DNA of 64,000 nucleotides from Epithemia pelagica (taxonomy: Eukaryota; Protista; Bacillariophyta), in assembly GCA_946965045.2 (NCBI GenBank), contig OX337235.1:2914001-2978000 (forward strand), written 5' to 3'. The notes beneath the pieces were generated by a model, which was not told the DNA's origin, searched no databases, and saw only the letters and a program-made list of their open reading frames with translations. This document shows positions 12,064-23,439 of this stretch, piece after piece. Position 1 is the stretch's first letter. Each line of letters begins with the position of its first letter. Both the position numbers and the translations under genes were made by a program.

Positions 12064-12567
12064 TACATGATCCACGACTATCTCTAGGAAGATTCCATTC
12101 AAGAAGAAGAAGATAAACAAGACTTTTACATTTGACTAGAGATTACTGGTCCATTGGAGGTGGTGTACACACTTGATCTTCCAATGGATACATAAAAACA
12201 CATCTCATAAAAATGCAACTAGAAAGCAAGCTACTACAGATGGATTTATTTTTTCTTGTAGCATCAACCACAGTTGTTGAGAAATGACATGATCATGGAG
12301 AGCCTTCCTCCGTCTTCCAACTGTCACGTGCCGGTATGGAGTTCCCGAAAATCTTAGACAAGCAGCTCAATGATCACTTCCCACCACAAAAGATCACCAT
12401 GAATAGGTCTCGTGTGGTCTTCGCGATGCACGCTTGATGTATGGAGGAATACTCAATCCCTTCCTACTCCAGAGCAAAGGACGATTCGCATGTACTACAG
12501 CCAGTTTGTAACAAAACAATTGAAGCCATTGCATGTCTCGCTAGCTTGAATTATGATGAATATTACT

Positions 12568-13247
12568 TTACTCCAACATGGTAATGGGAGGCCAGGCAAT
12601 AAAGTGAGCGTTTTCCACAGTGTACATTTGCGCTGTTCCAAAAAAGGCATCTTGATCATTGCCGCGAATCATATTGCCCGCATCGCAATTCAATGGCGAT
12701 TCCGCATCGGGATCGGACAAGAGAGCTAGGACTGCTCGACAGGCGGCTTGCAATCCCCAGGCTGGAGACCATTCCTTTTTCAATATATCAAGACAAATAT
12801 CGCCGGTCCGAAAATGTACATTGGGATGAAAAATCTAAAACAAAAAGTACCAGAAAGCAGCGTAAGATAAAAAAATTCAATCCCCAATGCGAGCCTAACA
12901 GCGAACCAATCAATTCAGGAATGGCTATATTCCGAACTCACTTTGGTAACAAATCGAATGGTCGGTGGGGCTAGAGGATAATCCATACCACATCTTATAT
13001 CCAGCTGAAAGACACCTCCTTCGTACGGTGTATCGGCGGGTCCTCGAATCCATCCTTTCCATAGCAGCATATTGTCTGGATTTACTTGCAACAGAATATC
13101 ATCGTCCACTTCATGGTTGGTGGTGCCGGTACTGCTGCTGGACCCATTTTGTTTGGCGGCGTATTGTTTTGCCTGCTGCTTCAGAACCTGTAGCTCCTTC
13201 CGCAGCCGTTTTGATGCCGCTAATGATGATACCGACGAACCGGACAT
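12568..13247 (-). CDS. PEX4: Ubiquitin-conjugating enzyme E2, peroxin-4-like (exons 13247-12942, 12834-12568)
   Basis: The spliced product has GPADTPYEGGVFQL, FVTK|IFHPNVHFRTGDICLDILKKEWSPAW and SPLNCDAGNMIR, closely resembling plant PEX4/UBC21. The GT-AG intron spans 12941-12835. Confidence 0.82.
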
Positions 13248-13754
13248 TGCTCTCGTCTATCAGTTTGCTCTGCTTCTCTGTATTCTGTTGAGCGTTCTCA
13301 CGATCCCGTCTTGGTGTTGCTTTGTTGCGTCTCGCTTCTCGCTTTGTTGTTGGCGGCGCAGAATTTCGCCGCCTTTTAATAGTCTGTGGGTCGCCTTAAA
13401 CGACTTCCTTTGAAGTGCGACCGTCCAAAATTCAAACTCTCTCTTCTTCAATGTGACGATGATGTCAGAGCGGAGGGATTGGCAACATTGACACCCACCA
13501 ATTCTTTGCAAATACCACCAATCCTCAATCAAGAGACGGTCTTGGCAGATTGAATCTTTGACTCTAGGAACAAACTCGACAAGGGAAACAGATCGACTCT
13601 CTTCTTCTACTCAAAAGAAACCGGAGGACCGGAGGACCGCATTCTTGAACGGCGAGACTGGTAAAAGTGAAACCTTGATTTTCCAACCACGACGAATTTG
13701 AGACGTTTTCGACACATTCCGACACTTTTTTCATCGATTCCGAAAATCAACTAC

Positions 13755-14306
13755 ATGAAGGGTGATATCATGAGAGTCAGTTCCATGCTTCTCTACCTGA
13801 TTTTGATGGCATTCACGGACAATGCCGTCGCCTTTGTCGTATCGCCGACAGTGGTTGCTCGCGGTTCGACCGAGACTGGCTCGAATCGGTGGACGCACTT
13901 TGCCTCGTCGTCGCCCAACGACACGGAAGAGACCACCAAAAAATATGGATTGGAAGCTGGTTTGTTCAAGTCGTTGCAACAAGATGATGGTGGTGAATCG
14001 GCCAAATCGCTGCTGAAAAAATATGGCATTGCCTATTTGGCAACGAGTATTCCCTTGGCTCTGGTGAGCTTTATTATTTGTTATTTGTTGGTGGATAACG
14101 GCATTGACGTTGCCGCCCTATTGGCCAAGGTGGGTATTGTACAAGCGGAAAATTCTGAGGTGGCCAGTAAGGCGGGAACCTTTGCCATTGCCTACGCTGC
14201 GCACAAGGCTGCCTCGCCCATTCGATTTCCACCCACGGTTCTGTTGACACCGGTTGTGGCCAAATTGATTGGTAAGGAGCCGGAGGAAGAAGCTGTGGAA
14301 TCCTAG
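13755..14306 (+). CDS. DUF1279/FAM210B-like membrane protein, probably plastid-targeted
   Basis: Motifs LKKYGIAYLATSI, LVDNGIDV and AGTFAIAYAAHKAASPIRFPPTVLLTP, plus a signal peptide with an AVA-FVV cleavage motif. Confidence 0.75.
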   Translation: MKGDIMRVSSMLLYLILMAFTDNAVAFVVSPTVVARGSTETGSNRWTHFASSSPNDTEETTKKYGLEAGLFKSLQQDDGGESAKSLLKKYGIAYLATSIPLALVSFIICYLLVDNGIDVAALLAKVGIVQAENSEVASKAGTFAIAYAAHKAASPIRFPPTVLLTPVVAKLIGKEPEEEAVES

Positions 14307-15111
14307 AGGGCGCCCGTTCATTGTCACGCTAGATTGGATTGGTTTTTGGAGCAGGTGTGAGGATTCTGAAACGAATTCCAAAATACTCGTATCGATATAT
14401 ATGTAAACTGGATGATGTGGGAGATGGAATCCTGGTCAATGAAATGGGGTAGCAATGCATTGTCGAGGTATGGGCAATCACTGTGGAGGAAGTTTCGACC
14501 GAACAAGCAATTGAAATTAGAAAGAATGTTTCTGTAGAGATTATTATTGTTAACGTTACGTAGGATTGTGTGTTTGTGCAGATGAACAAGCAGATATGAA
14601 AGCCTTTCGCTCTGATGACAAGAACGGCTAGTTACGCACACGGCTAGTGGCAGGCGGTACCAACAAGTATATAGGAAGTGTACTTTGAAATCTGGAGAAT
14701 GGCAAAGTTCTCAAAACTGTTCTATAGAGGGAAATTAACTCTAAGTCTCGATGGACTGCTCACTAACAGGAGTACCGGCAAAAGTCGGGATAACGCAGAA
14801 CTTTACTGCGGAATGCGGCATGCCAAACATGTTGTGACACTCGAATCACTGCTCTACGAATACGGCAGTAGATGCGTCCAGGCCGAGGGAATGGATCAGT
14901 CGTGCAAACCTGCAGAGATCTCGTCGTGCGAATCATCACCTTAGGACGACCAGGGCTTGATGATTGATGATAGCAACAAGCGTTTCGCAACCACGTGCAG
15001 CGATTGATGGACTCGAGCCACGCGTATGGTTGACGGGATAGTCCTTTTAATGCTTGAAAGCGTGTCATCATCCTCCACGCACTGCATGAAACGGTTTTCC
15101 ATGCAAGTCCA

Positions 15112-15849
15112 TTACTCGACACTACTCACGGAGCATTCGGAAAATTGTTCAGGAATCGAAGCCAGACGCGCTGCTAATCGATAGGCGCCTTGGGAGGAGA
15201 CCGAAGAAGAGGATGAGGAATACATGGGTCGTCGCCGCCGCCCCGAATGGAAACCAACGTCCTTGTCCGTCGAAAAGGGCGCTCCTGCCGACGATGAAGA
15301 CAATACATCATTTTCGGACAACGATCGTGTCGAGCATGTGGTTGACATGCCAGAGGCAGTCTCGGGTGGCGATTGTTCCCCCATTGATGATGGTACTCGT
15401 TTTGCGCCAACGCATGCATCGGTTTCGTGAATGGTTGGAGCCATGGATCGATTTCGTGGTCGTTTGACTAAACAAAAGCCCATTCGTCGGGAGCGCGAAA
15501 CGGTTGTACTTGTCGAAGCACCACTGTTGCGTCGTGGAGATCGACGAAAACGGCCACCTCCACGAAGACGATCTGCTGGTGTGATCCTCAACGACAAGGA
15601 GGTTGCGGCGTTGGGACTGGTACTACCAGAATTCATGTCGTTACTGATGTGGTTGTTGTTGTTGATGGTACCAATTCCAGTGGGCGAATAAAGAGCAACC
15701 CCAGCAAAAACGACAATGAGCAGTGAGGCAAACGCATTGTCCCAGGACCATATGGGCCGTATCAAAAAGGAGAATGCCGTGTTCCACCAACCGGTCTCCG
15801 CATTAGACGACGGCAAACTGAACAAAGCAAACACAGAAGACGACGACAT
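15112..15849 (-). CDS. Hypothetical Ser/Arg-rich protein with one N-terminal TM segment
   Basis: 245-aa ORF with a hydrophobic stretch AFASLLIVVFAGVALY. No recognisable domain. Confidence 0.45.
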   Translation of the reverse strand: MSSSSVFALFSLPSSNAETGWWNTAFSFLIRPIWSWDNAFASLLIVVFAGVALYSPTGIGTINNNNHISNDMNSGSTSPNAATSLSLRITPADRLRGGGRFRRSPRRNSGASTSTTVSRSRRMGFCLVKRPRNRSMAPTIHETDACVGAKRVPSSMGEQSPPETASGMSTTCSTRSLSENDVLSSSSAGAPFSTDKDVGFHSGRRRRPMYSSSSSSVSSQGAYRLAARLASIPEQFSECSVSSVE

Positions 15850-16423
15850 GATGCTTCTACACCCAGAGATTGTGTGTGGATTATTTGTTGTGTGTGTAGT
15901 TTGGAATGCTTTTGGCGTGTTGGAGCGTTTTTACTCGATCGTGGATGCAACACAAGAAATGGTTAGGAGAGAGAGAGAGAGGGGAGTGTCGCGTGCTATG
16001 CGGTCTTGTTGCGTGTTGGTGTGGCCGTGTTCGTTGTTTCAGCCGGCGGATTCCTTTGTTCGACAATGTTCCTTTCTCACACCTCACGCCAATTCGCACG
16101 TGTGGATGACTGGCTGGCGTGACGAGAAGCTGTCGGTGTACACATTTCCGTAGACAGGGAACTCAAACCGGCCACCACTGTCATGGGGCAATACAATTTT
16201 ATTGGCTGTGTGACATTCCAATTTCCCTAACTATTTTTAACACTTAAGATGCTAAGCATTTAAGTGGCCACTCAGCCTCCAATAGATTCCGCACCTTGCA
16301 GGCGCGCTCAAAAATGGAAGTGCGCTTCCCCCAAGAAACGAGAAAACCACCCGGAGGTTCAAAACTGTTTCTGAGGAAAAATCGGTTCTGTGGTTTCTGG
16401 TTTCTGGTATCTTTCGTTTTCCG

Positions 16424-18220
16424 TTGTGTCGCTTCTTTGGCGTCAACCACAGACACAGACGCGATTGGAAGATTCTCGGGACCATGGCAAGCTCTTCTCC
16501 ACAAGACGGTTCATCTCCTCCTGCACCACCAATTCCTCAGGAGGAAGAGGAGCTGCAGCTTTTGTCGCCGCTTCAGTCCGCCTGGTCCTACTATCTTAGT
16601 CGATTGCAAGATCTGGAAGAGGAACGTGTCTTGTACTTGTCCAAGGTGGAATTGACAGGTTGGGCACTGGAACACTTGTATCAATGGATTCAAACTGTGG
16701 ATCCCAGTCAACGACCAACCACTTTGCATCTTGGAGGAGGTATTGTGTTTGAAGAGACTTCAGCCGAGCATCCGGACTGGACGACATTGCTGCAAAAACT
16801 ATTCCAGAATGGAATCCTTCATCTCAAGCTCTCGAAGGCACCCGAGGAACATGTAGGGACCTCGTCCCTGTTGGAATACCAACCGTTGTTGCAGTTTCTC
16901 AAGGAACAATCGAATCAGTTGAAACTAAGGACATTGGAGCTTCGCTTTTTGAGGTTTCCAATCGAAGAAGGATCGAGATTGTTTGACCTGGTATCGTGTA
17001 GTTGCCATCATCTCCGATTGGTCAGTTGCTTGGTGGAATCGGCCACCTCTTTTGAACAACGGGTCCCGACAATTGATAGTTCCCCCTTTGAGGGTCCGTC
17101 TCGTGTGGAAATTTTGGGAGGATATCTCATGAACACAGCCTCCTTTTTGACGGTCATGACGCAACGGTGGATCCATCCACGGTTGTCACGACTCCATGTT
17201 CATAGTCGAAATCCAAACATACTGGCAACCTTGATTCCACTCCTTAAACGCCAAGTGAGTGGACGAACCTTGATTGAGCTCAAACTAGAAGGTGTCCGGT
17301 TCGATGCCCGATCCGAATCGGAATGGATGTCCTTTTGCAACGTCTTGCAATCTCTGTCGGACCCTGACCAAGACGGTTGTTTGGAACGAGTCGATCTGAC
17401 GGGATGCACTCTCACGAGTTTGTCCAAGGCTGTGCAGTTGATGCAATCGATTCGGTGGTGTCGATTCGTTACCTTGGAGGAACTGGGATTTTGGGGCGAC
17501 AGAAATCTTCAAAAGGAAGACTTGGCTCGTTTCCTCATGTTGTTTGCCTCTCAAAAGCTGAGTTCCCGAAACCATGTCTTGAATGAGGCAATGCAAATGC
17601 CATATAATATCATGACGGAAGAATTAAACATCTCCTGTTGCAAAGCCAAGGATTTTGAGGCAGGATTGATCATGTTGGTCTTGGCAGCAGGGGGGAATAC
17701 GACGTTGCGGAACTTGGACATTAGTTCGAATGGGCATTTCGATTGGGAACAACAACAAGGGGGGACATGCCCGTCGGAATGGCCGAATTGCCTGTCCTTC
17801 ATTCATTACTTGACATCACTCAAGCTTCCCTTCATGTCTTTGTGCCCATCTGAGGCACCACAGTTCTTGGTGGATTTAGAGCGCAACTTAAGTCTCCTGC
17901 ATGTGGAAGTGGATGGATGGATCAAGGACAACAACAGCAACAACAACAACAACGTGGAGGCGGAAGGAAATACTGCCATGACAAAGATGGAATGCCAAGA
18001 ATGGTTGGATGCTATATTGGTTCGAAATCGTGGAATTGCCTTGGCCCGATCCATGGTTGAAAAACTCATGGTGATTGAAAACAAGTCCCTGGCTCGTGCT
18101 CTGTGGCCCAGACTTTTGGAACGGTTGTGGAAGTACAACCGTCACACGAGCACTCGAGGAAGGGGCAAAGCTTCCGCCTGTTTTTTGTTTCTGCGAGGAA
18201 TGGAACATGGCAGACAATGA
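16424..18220 (+). CDS. RNI-like/leucine-rich-repeat hypothetical protein
   Basis: 598-aa ORF with LxxLxL segments (LRTLELRF, LIELKLEG, LERVDLTGC, LRNLDISSN) and a C-terminal ALWPRLLE. Probable ATG is at 16484. Confidence 0.6.
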   Translation: MCRFFGVNHRHRRDWKILGTMASSSPQDGSSPPAPPIPQEEEELQLLSPLQSAWSYYLSRLQDLEEERVLYLSKVELTGWALEHLYQWIQTVDPSQRPTTLHLGGGIVFEETSAEHPDWTTLLQKLFQNGILHLKLSKAPEEHVGTSSLLEYQPLLQFLKEQSNQLKLRTLELRFLRFPIEEGSRLFDLVSCSCHHLRLVSCLVESATSFEQRVPTIDSSPFEGPSRVEILGGYLMNTASFLTVMTQRWIHPRLSRLHVHSRNPNILATLIPLLKRQVSGRTLIELKLEGVRFDARSESEWMSFCNVLQSLSDPDQDGCLERVDLTGCTLTSLSKAVQLMQSIRWCRFVTLEELGFWGDRNLQKEDLARFLMLFASQKLSSRNHVLNEAMQMPYNIMTEELNISCCKAKDFEAGLIMLVLAAGGNTTLRNLDISSNGHFDWEQQQGGTCPSEWPNCLSFIHYLTSLKLPFMSLCPSEAPQFLVDLERNLSLLHVEVDGWIKDNNSNNNNNVEAEGNTAMTKMECQEWLDAILVRNRGIALARSMVEKLMVIENKSLARALWPRLLERLWKYNRHTSTRGRGKASACFLFLRGMEHGRQ

Positions 18221-18622
18221 TGCGGTACTGCCCCTTCTGCCCCCTGTCAGCTGGTCACATGTCACACAAAGTAGCCTGGCTTCGACAAGCACACAATCCC
18301 AGTAGGCAGAGGAACGAGCTCCACCTATAGAGGAAGTACAAGCCCTCTGTCGACGCAAACCGCATACAAAGAAAAACACCACGAGGACCTTTGGTTGGTA
18401 GGATGGTGGTCGAAATTCTTACGACGGTATTTTCTAGTAGCATAGACGAGTCTACAATAGTTTATTTCTTCCGCGCTCCTCACCACAGAGCTAGCTAGTT
18501 GCAAACGAGTGGTACTTTTGGCTGAATAGAGGTTCCCGGTGAGCATGACGACTATCATTTTTGGATTGCTATTCGCATGGTGGGAACCGTTCCCGTTTTT
18601 TCGTTTGTTCTTGTCCTGGCAA

Positions 18623-19837
18623 CTACAATTCTGCTTGCTTTTCCAAGCTTTTACGTTCGCGTTCCAATTGTCGTCGTTGTCGTTTTTCCAGTCGTAGTTT
18701 TTCCTTGTGTTCAAATTCGGGATTTTTGCCCACACCGTACATGGGACAATTGCGACACCCGCGACTGGGACAATTGTTGCATCGAGGGGCGGAATTGCCC
18801 GAAATCTTTTGTGGTCCGGTAAAGCCCTGGCCGGTATTGCTGATATTGTCGCTTTGATTGACGAGACGCGCCTTGAAATTAATGTTTTGACCTCGGCGTT
18901 CCTTTTCCAATTCGACCAATTCTTCGTAGGGGACGTAGTGGATGCAGTCGACGGGACAGGTTTCAATGGCAATCTGAATGGTTTCGTCGTCGTCCCCCCA
19001 TTGTTGAAAGACACGCGCACGGCCGTGTTCGGAGTGCATAAAAAAGGTAGATTGAGCCACCATGGCACAATTGGTACACCCAATACAGGTGACTTCATCC
19101 ACATAAACCATTTGACTGCGAATCGGTTGATCCGTGTCAGGATCCTTGGCTACACGAGTATGCGATTCGACCGTTTCCAAGTCGACTTGGTCCCAGCTAT
19201 CGTAGACAGATTGTCGATAGGTTTGCAAGGCAGCCGTTTCTTCGGTATCTTCCAGGGATGTGTCAGTGGCGACGCCCAAGGTAGCAGCAATGACTTCTGG
19301 TGAAAATTGGTATTCTTCCATTTTACGTAACATGTCGGCTCGTTCTCCTTCCTTTTGATTGAATTGAACTTCTTCGGCTGACAAATTGGCCAAGGTTTCC
19401 AGCCAGGCATTGGATTCGGCATCTTCGTCCGTAGCGTCATCTTGTTGGTTGTTGGAAGAGGACTCTACCATTGTTGCATCCTCCGCAGACGGCTCAAAGG
19501 CCGACCAAAAAGAGCCATCTTGTTTGGCTTCCATGACCGACATCCAATCTTGCGGTGAATTCGTATTGGTATTGCTATTGCTAGAAGCATCACTGGAATA
19601 ATACTTCCAGGAGGTGTCGTCTCCGGTATACGCATCATTATCATTGTTGTTGTTGCTGCTGTACAAGGGCATGGTCCTACCCAAAGGACCAGACGTCGTC
19701 ACAAAGGACGGAGATTGTTTCGTGGAATAAGAGGCCGTTGTCCAGGCGAGTGATTCTCTACAGGCAATGCACACCAGCAGCAAACTGGTCCAAAATGACA
19801 GGGAAAGGAGCGGAGGAGAAGGTCCCATTTTCATCAT
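18623..19837 (-). CDS. Plastid-targeted protein with a DnaJ-Fer (DJC76/CDJ3-type) ferredoxin domain, no J-domain
   Basis: YVDEVTCIGCTNCA...GRARVFQQWGD...AIETCPVDCIHYV, a signal peptide with SLA-W, and an extra C-terminal CNNCPSRGCRNC. No HPD motif is present. Confidence 0.75.
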   Translation of the reverse strand: MMKMGPSPPLLSLSFWTSLLLVCIACRESLAWTTASYSTKQSPSFVTTSGPLGRTMPLYSSNNNNDNDAYTGDDTSWKYYSSDASSNSNTNTNSPQDWMSVMEAKQDGSFWSAFEPSAEDATMVESSSNNQQDDATDEDAESNAWLETLANLSAEEVQFNQKEGERADMLRKMEEYQFSPEVIAATLGVATDTSLEDTEETAALQTYRQSVYDSWDQVDLETVESHTRVAKDPDTDQPIRSQMVYVDEVTCIGCTNCAMVAQSTFFMHSEHGRARVFQQWGDDDETIQIAIETCPVDCIHYVPYEELVELEKERRGQNINFKARLVNQSDNISNTGQGFTGPQKISGNSAPRCNNCPSRGCRNCPMYGVGKNPEFEHKEKLRLEKRQRRQLERERKSLEKQAEL

Positions 19838-20505
19838 GCAGATTGCGCTTGCAGTCAATGAATGTTACGGTAACCGCCTCTCCAGTCAAGATAAAATGTT
19901 GCTTTACACGTTCTTGTAGCAGCAATAGTGAAACAAGTCAAAGTTCACTTTTGAAGTGTTGAAAGGTCGAAAGCCGAAAACAATGAGTCCTTGAAAAACC
20001 CACCCAACAGGAGACGAGGAGTGTGGCCGTGCATGTCCTTTCCTCTTCCATGCGGTTTCTGGCCTCTGTTCTATTGGAAAAAAAGGGACCATGGTCGTAT
20101 GTCCCTGTGTGTCTTTGAAGAAACGACAGCCGGTGGGCACCATCATGGCGTGAGAACTCCGAGGTTCCGAATGGCACGTCATGTTGTTCTCCACGTCACT
20201 ATTTTATGCGACCAAGGGTCGCATAAAAATCCGGTCCGAGTCCCGAATGCAAGCGGAACTTCTACCTATTCTTCGATGGGAAGAGGTAGTTATTGCTGTT
20301 CTAGAGGAGTACTCCTATGAGTAATTCTTGTATTGTACTCCTAAGGTAAATAATGCAATCACGGCACCATTCTAGACCGAGAGAGATGTACAACAACCGC
20401 AAATTTTTAGAAGCTTGGACCGACGGTCTACAGATACCCTGGAATTGCAATGGTTCCACCCGAAGTTCCGTACTATATCATAGAGTGCGCCAGCAGTTGG
20501 GGTCG

Positions 20506-20603
20506 ATTTGTTCCTCGACATTGGTCCAATTGGGAAACAAGGGGACGTAGGGTTGCAAGAGTTCTTCCATGGTCCATGCAATTTTGGTGGGCAGTGGCAT
20601 TAA
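20506..20603 (-). pseudogene. Degenerate partial duplicate of the GT90 3' exon
   Basis: Matches 21189-21295 (ATTTGTTCCTCGACATTGGTC...GGGTTGCAAGAGTTCTTCCATGG...GGCATTAA) with substitutions and a 9-bp deletion. Confidence 0.8.
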
Positions 20604-21010
20604 GATATGACTCATTGACAACGCCAGTCATCATAGCGTCATGGTGTCATCTTCCCGTACTCACTCACAAACGAAGGTTTACTACTTTTTCGGGCATTGT
20701 CTCCATCTGAATTGTGTATCTTGCCCAATCTGCAGAGAAATGAAGCACGCAGAGATCTTGTTGTGGTGTCACTAGCGGCTGATTCATCTCTCTATGTCCT
20801 CGAATGTCTACCACGAGATACTTCCTGGTGGGAAGCCCGCGATACTTACCCGTGAATGGATGAAAACGAGACCTGTACTCTGTGAAGCGCTTTCCGAAGC
20901 AACGTAGCTCCACTGCCCACTGCATGTCATTCATGGTAGTCAGGACTATGAAAAACAAAGAGAATGGTAACATCGCCTCAGGAATGAACGTCATCCAGAT
21001 GCTGGTTGGG

Positions 21011-22891
21011 CTATTGTCGGTGGCCTTCTGGAAAGGGTCGAAAATGGGCATGATACCGTTGCAACATGGCCTGTCGAATGGCATGGTTGTCGTGACTGGC
21101 CTGGGGATGCAACACCAAATCTTGCATCCACAAGGACCCTTGATGGGCAATGGTTTGGGCCTGTTGGTCATGATCTAAAATCCATTGCATTTGTTCCTCG
21201 ACATTGGTCAAGTTGGGAAACAAGGGGACGTAGTGCACGTAGGGTTGCAAGAGTTCTTCCATGGCCCATGTGATTTTGGTGGGTGGTGGCATTAACACGA
21301 CACTTCGCGACAAGAGACCCCATTTGAGTCCCGACGATACATCTAAACATGGCGTGTGTGTGTGTCAATCACAATACGTATTCCGGGTTTCGTGCGTGTT
21401 GGTTTACGTTGGATTGTTGGTAAAATACAAATATGCATGACACAAACAGATACCAGGTGAGGGGGGAAGATAAATGGATGAGACCATGGGAGGTATCCGA
21501 TCATAGACGAACGTACCATTGCCCTCCATAAAGATGATAGCCTTGTATTGCAACTGTTCCTCCAAGGACATGGACGGTCCAATCAAGTTGGTTCCGTTCA
21601 CCACTGTGCTAGAAAGACGGCGAAAGGTACCCGTCAACTTGGCATCCACCAAGGATGAATTGGCATAGGACAGCACCAACCGACAACGAGTGTACAAGAG
21701 ACACTTGCGTAATTCATCCGTCCCATTGATTTCCAAAGTTGCATTGGTGCGACTACTAGTATTGCGTTGGGCTAGAACAGCCGGTGACAGGTAGCCAGTC
21801 AAACCGCCGCGAAACAGAGCCTGGTTCTTTTTATGCTGCCACAAGGTATCGGCGTCGGGTACCGAATGGATAAACCGATAATGACGTTTGCTGTTCAGCA
21901 ACCATACAATGGGTGGCAAGGCCTGAGAAAAGACTGGCGTACAGGAGCCATTGGTCAGTTTGGTACGTTCCATCGGGGACAAGGAGGGTCTCCATTTTTG
22001 AAATATTGGAAAGGGTTCCAATTGCGATCGGTCACCAAACCGCAACAGGATAGGCGGTGAATGTTGCAATGACGAACCATTGCTGGTTGGTTCCTTGTTC
22101 CAGAGAAAGTCTCGAGGAATGGATGAGTGTACATCGAGACATTCATGTCGAATCCGCTTGTCTTGGGCAAAGGTTTCATTGCAATGATCAAATACCTCTT
22201 GCTTTGCGAAAAAGGGTTGACGACTGGCCGCATCTGTCACCAATACACGCACAAACAGTGTCGTCGTTCTACTGGGAGAGCTTTGGTTGGTGCTGGTCCC
22301 TATCGTGGCAGTGTGGTGATGATGGTGTAACTGTGTTGGGTCGATTCTCCTTGTTTGCAGGACAACGCTGTCATTGACAGTATTGTAGTGAAAGTAGACA
22401 TGGCCACTACTCGTACGGTTTTCCGCATCTCCCATCACATCGGAACAAGGAGGGAGAAACCAGTGGCCCATGTAAATCTTGACACGTTCCGATACGGAAG
22501 GAAATCGTTGTCCTCGTTCGTCGGGCCAACTGGGAAGAAGGGGAAGGCTTGCTGTTTTGCGTTTCGGACTCGTGCCAGAACCAACTCCAGGAAGTGCCAA
22601 GTATTGATTCTGTAAGATAGTCCACCAATCCGTGTCTCTTGTCGCCGAAAATGTGGCATTCTGGCCAGTGCTGGTGTCATTAGGAATTCCGACCATGAGC
22701 ATCCATTCCTTCCGAAGGTTGTTGTTGCTGTTGATTTTGGAGAGTGGCAAAGTACTGGAACTATGCAGGGAATACAAACACAGAACCATGTACAAGCTTA
22801 GCAGCACTAGGACCAACCATTCATGTTTCTTTCGGTGAGCACACAACGGCAACCACCACCAACGGCGCCCCGACATGGTCGATGATCCCAA
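21011..22891 (-). CDS. Glycosyltransferase family 90 (CAP10/POGLUT-like) type II membrane protein, with an apparent 1-nt frameshift
   Basis: N-terminal TM, NQALFRGGLTG, EQLQYKAIIFMEGN|DVSSGLKW across intron 21516-21342, then (L)LSRSVVLMPPPTKITWAMEELLQPYVHYVPL in a shifted frame after a G3 run at 21318-21320. Confidence 0.75.
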
Positions 22892-23439
22892 CTGCGGCGG
22901 TCAACGTTGCATCCACTGTCGGTCGCTCTGGATTGTGGCGGGCTTTCCAATCCGGCACGAATCACGCAATATCTCTAGCGATAACTTCACAAGTTGTGCT
23001 GATAACATTTGTAGATTGTTAGTATTCTAGCCGCTTAAGATTTTGGCCCCCAAAAGTTCATCCCCCAAATCTCGGTCGCGCACGGCGAACCCGCTGCAAC
23101 AACTTCCGCACATGTCACGCGACCCCCAAAGTGCAGAGGGAACAAAGTCCGTTGAACAATCGTGACAATTTGGGAAGTCGAGACCCTTCGCGAAACGAAG
23201 AAGAAAGGTTTGTCCGACCTCATTACGAATGCAGGAATGTTGCGTGTGGAGATGCGATGACAGTGCATCCGTAGGAAAAACACGAATGAGGAACCAACAA
23301 CAAATAAAAAAACAAGATCATGGGGCAAACTCACCACCACCACCCAAGAGCGACGACGACCAATCCTGAGTTTGTCCCATTATCCAAGATTTGATTCCAT
23401 AAAAAAAAAGAACACAACCCAAATCTTTCCATACCCCAT

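Noticed and set aside
18325-19303. 259-aa and 198-aa ORFs overlapping the ferredoxin gene
   Set aside because: Alternative-frame and antisense shadows with no motifs.
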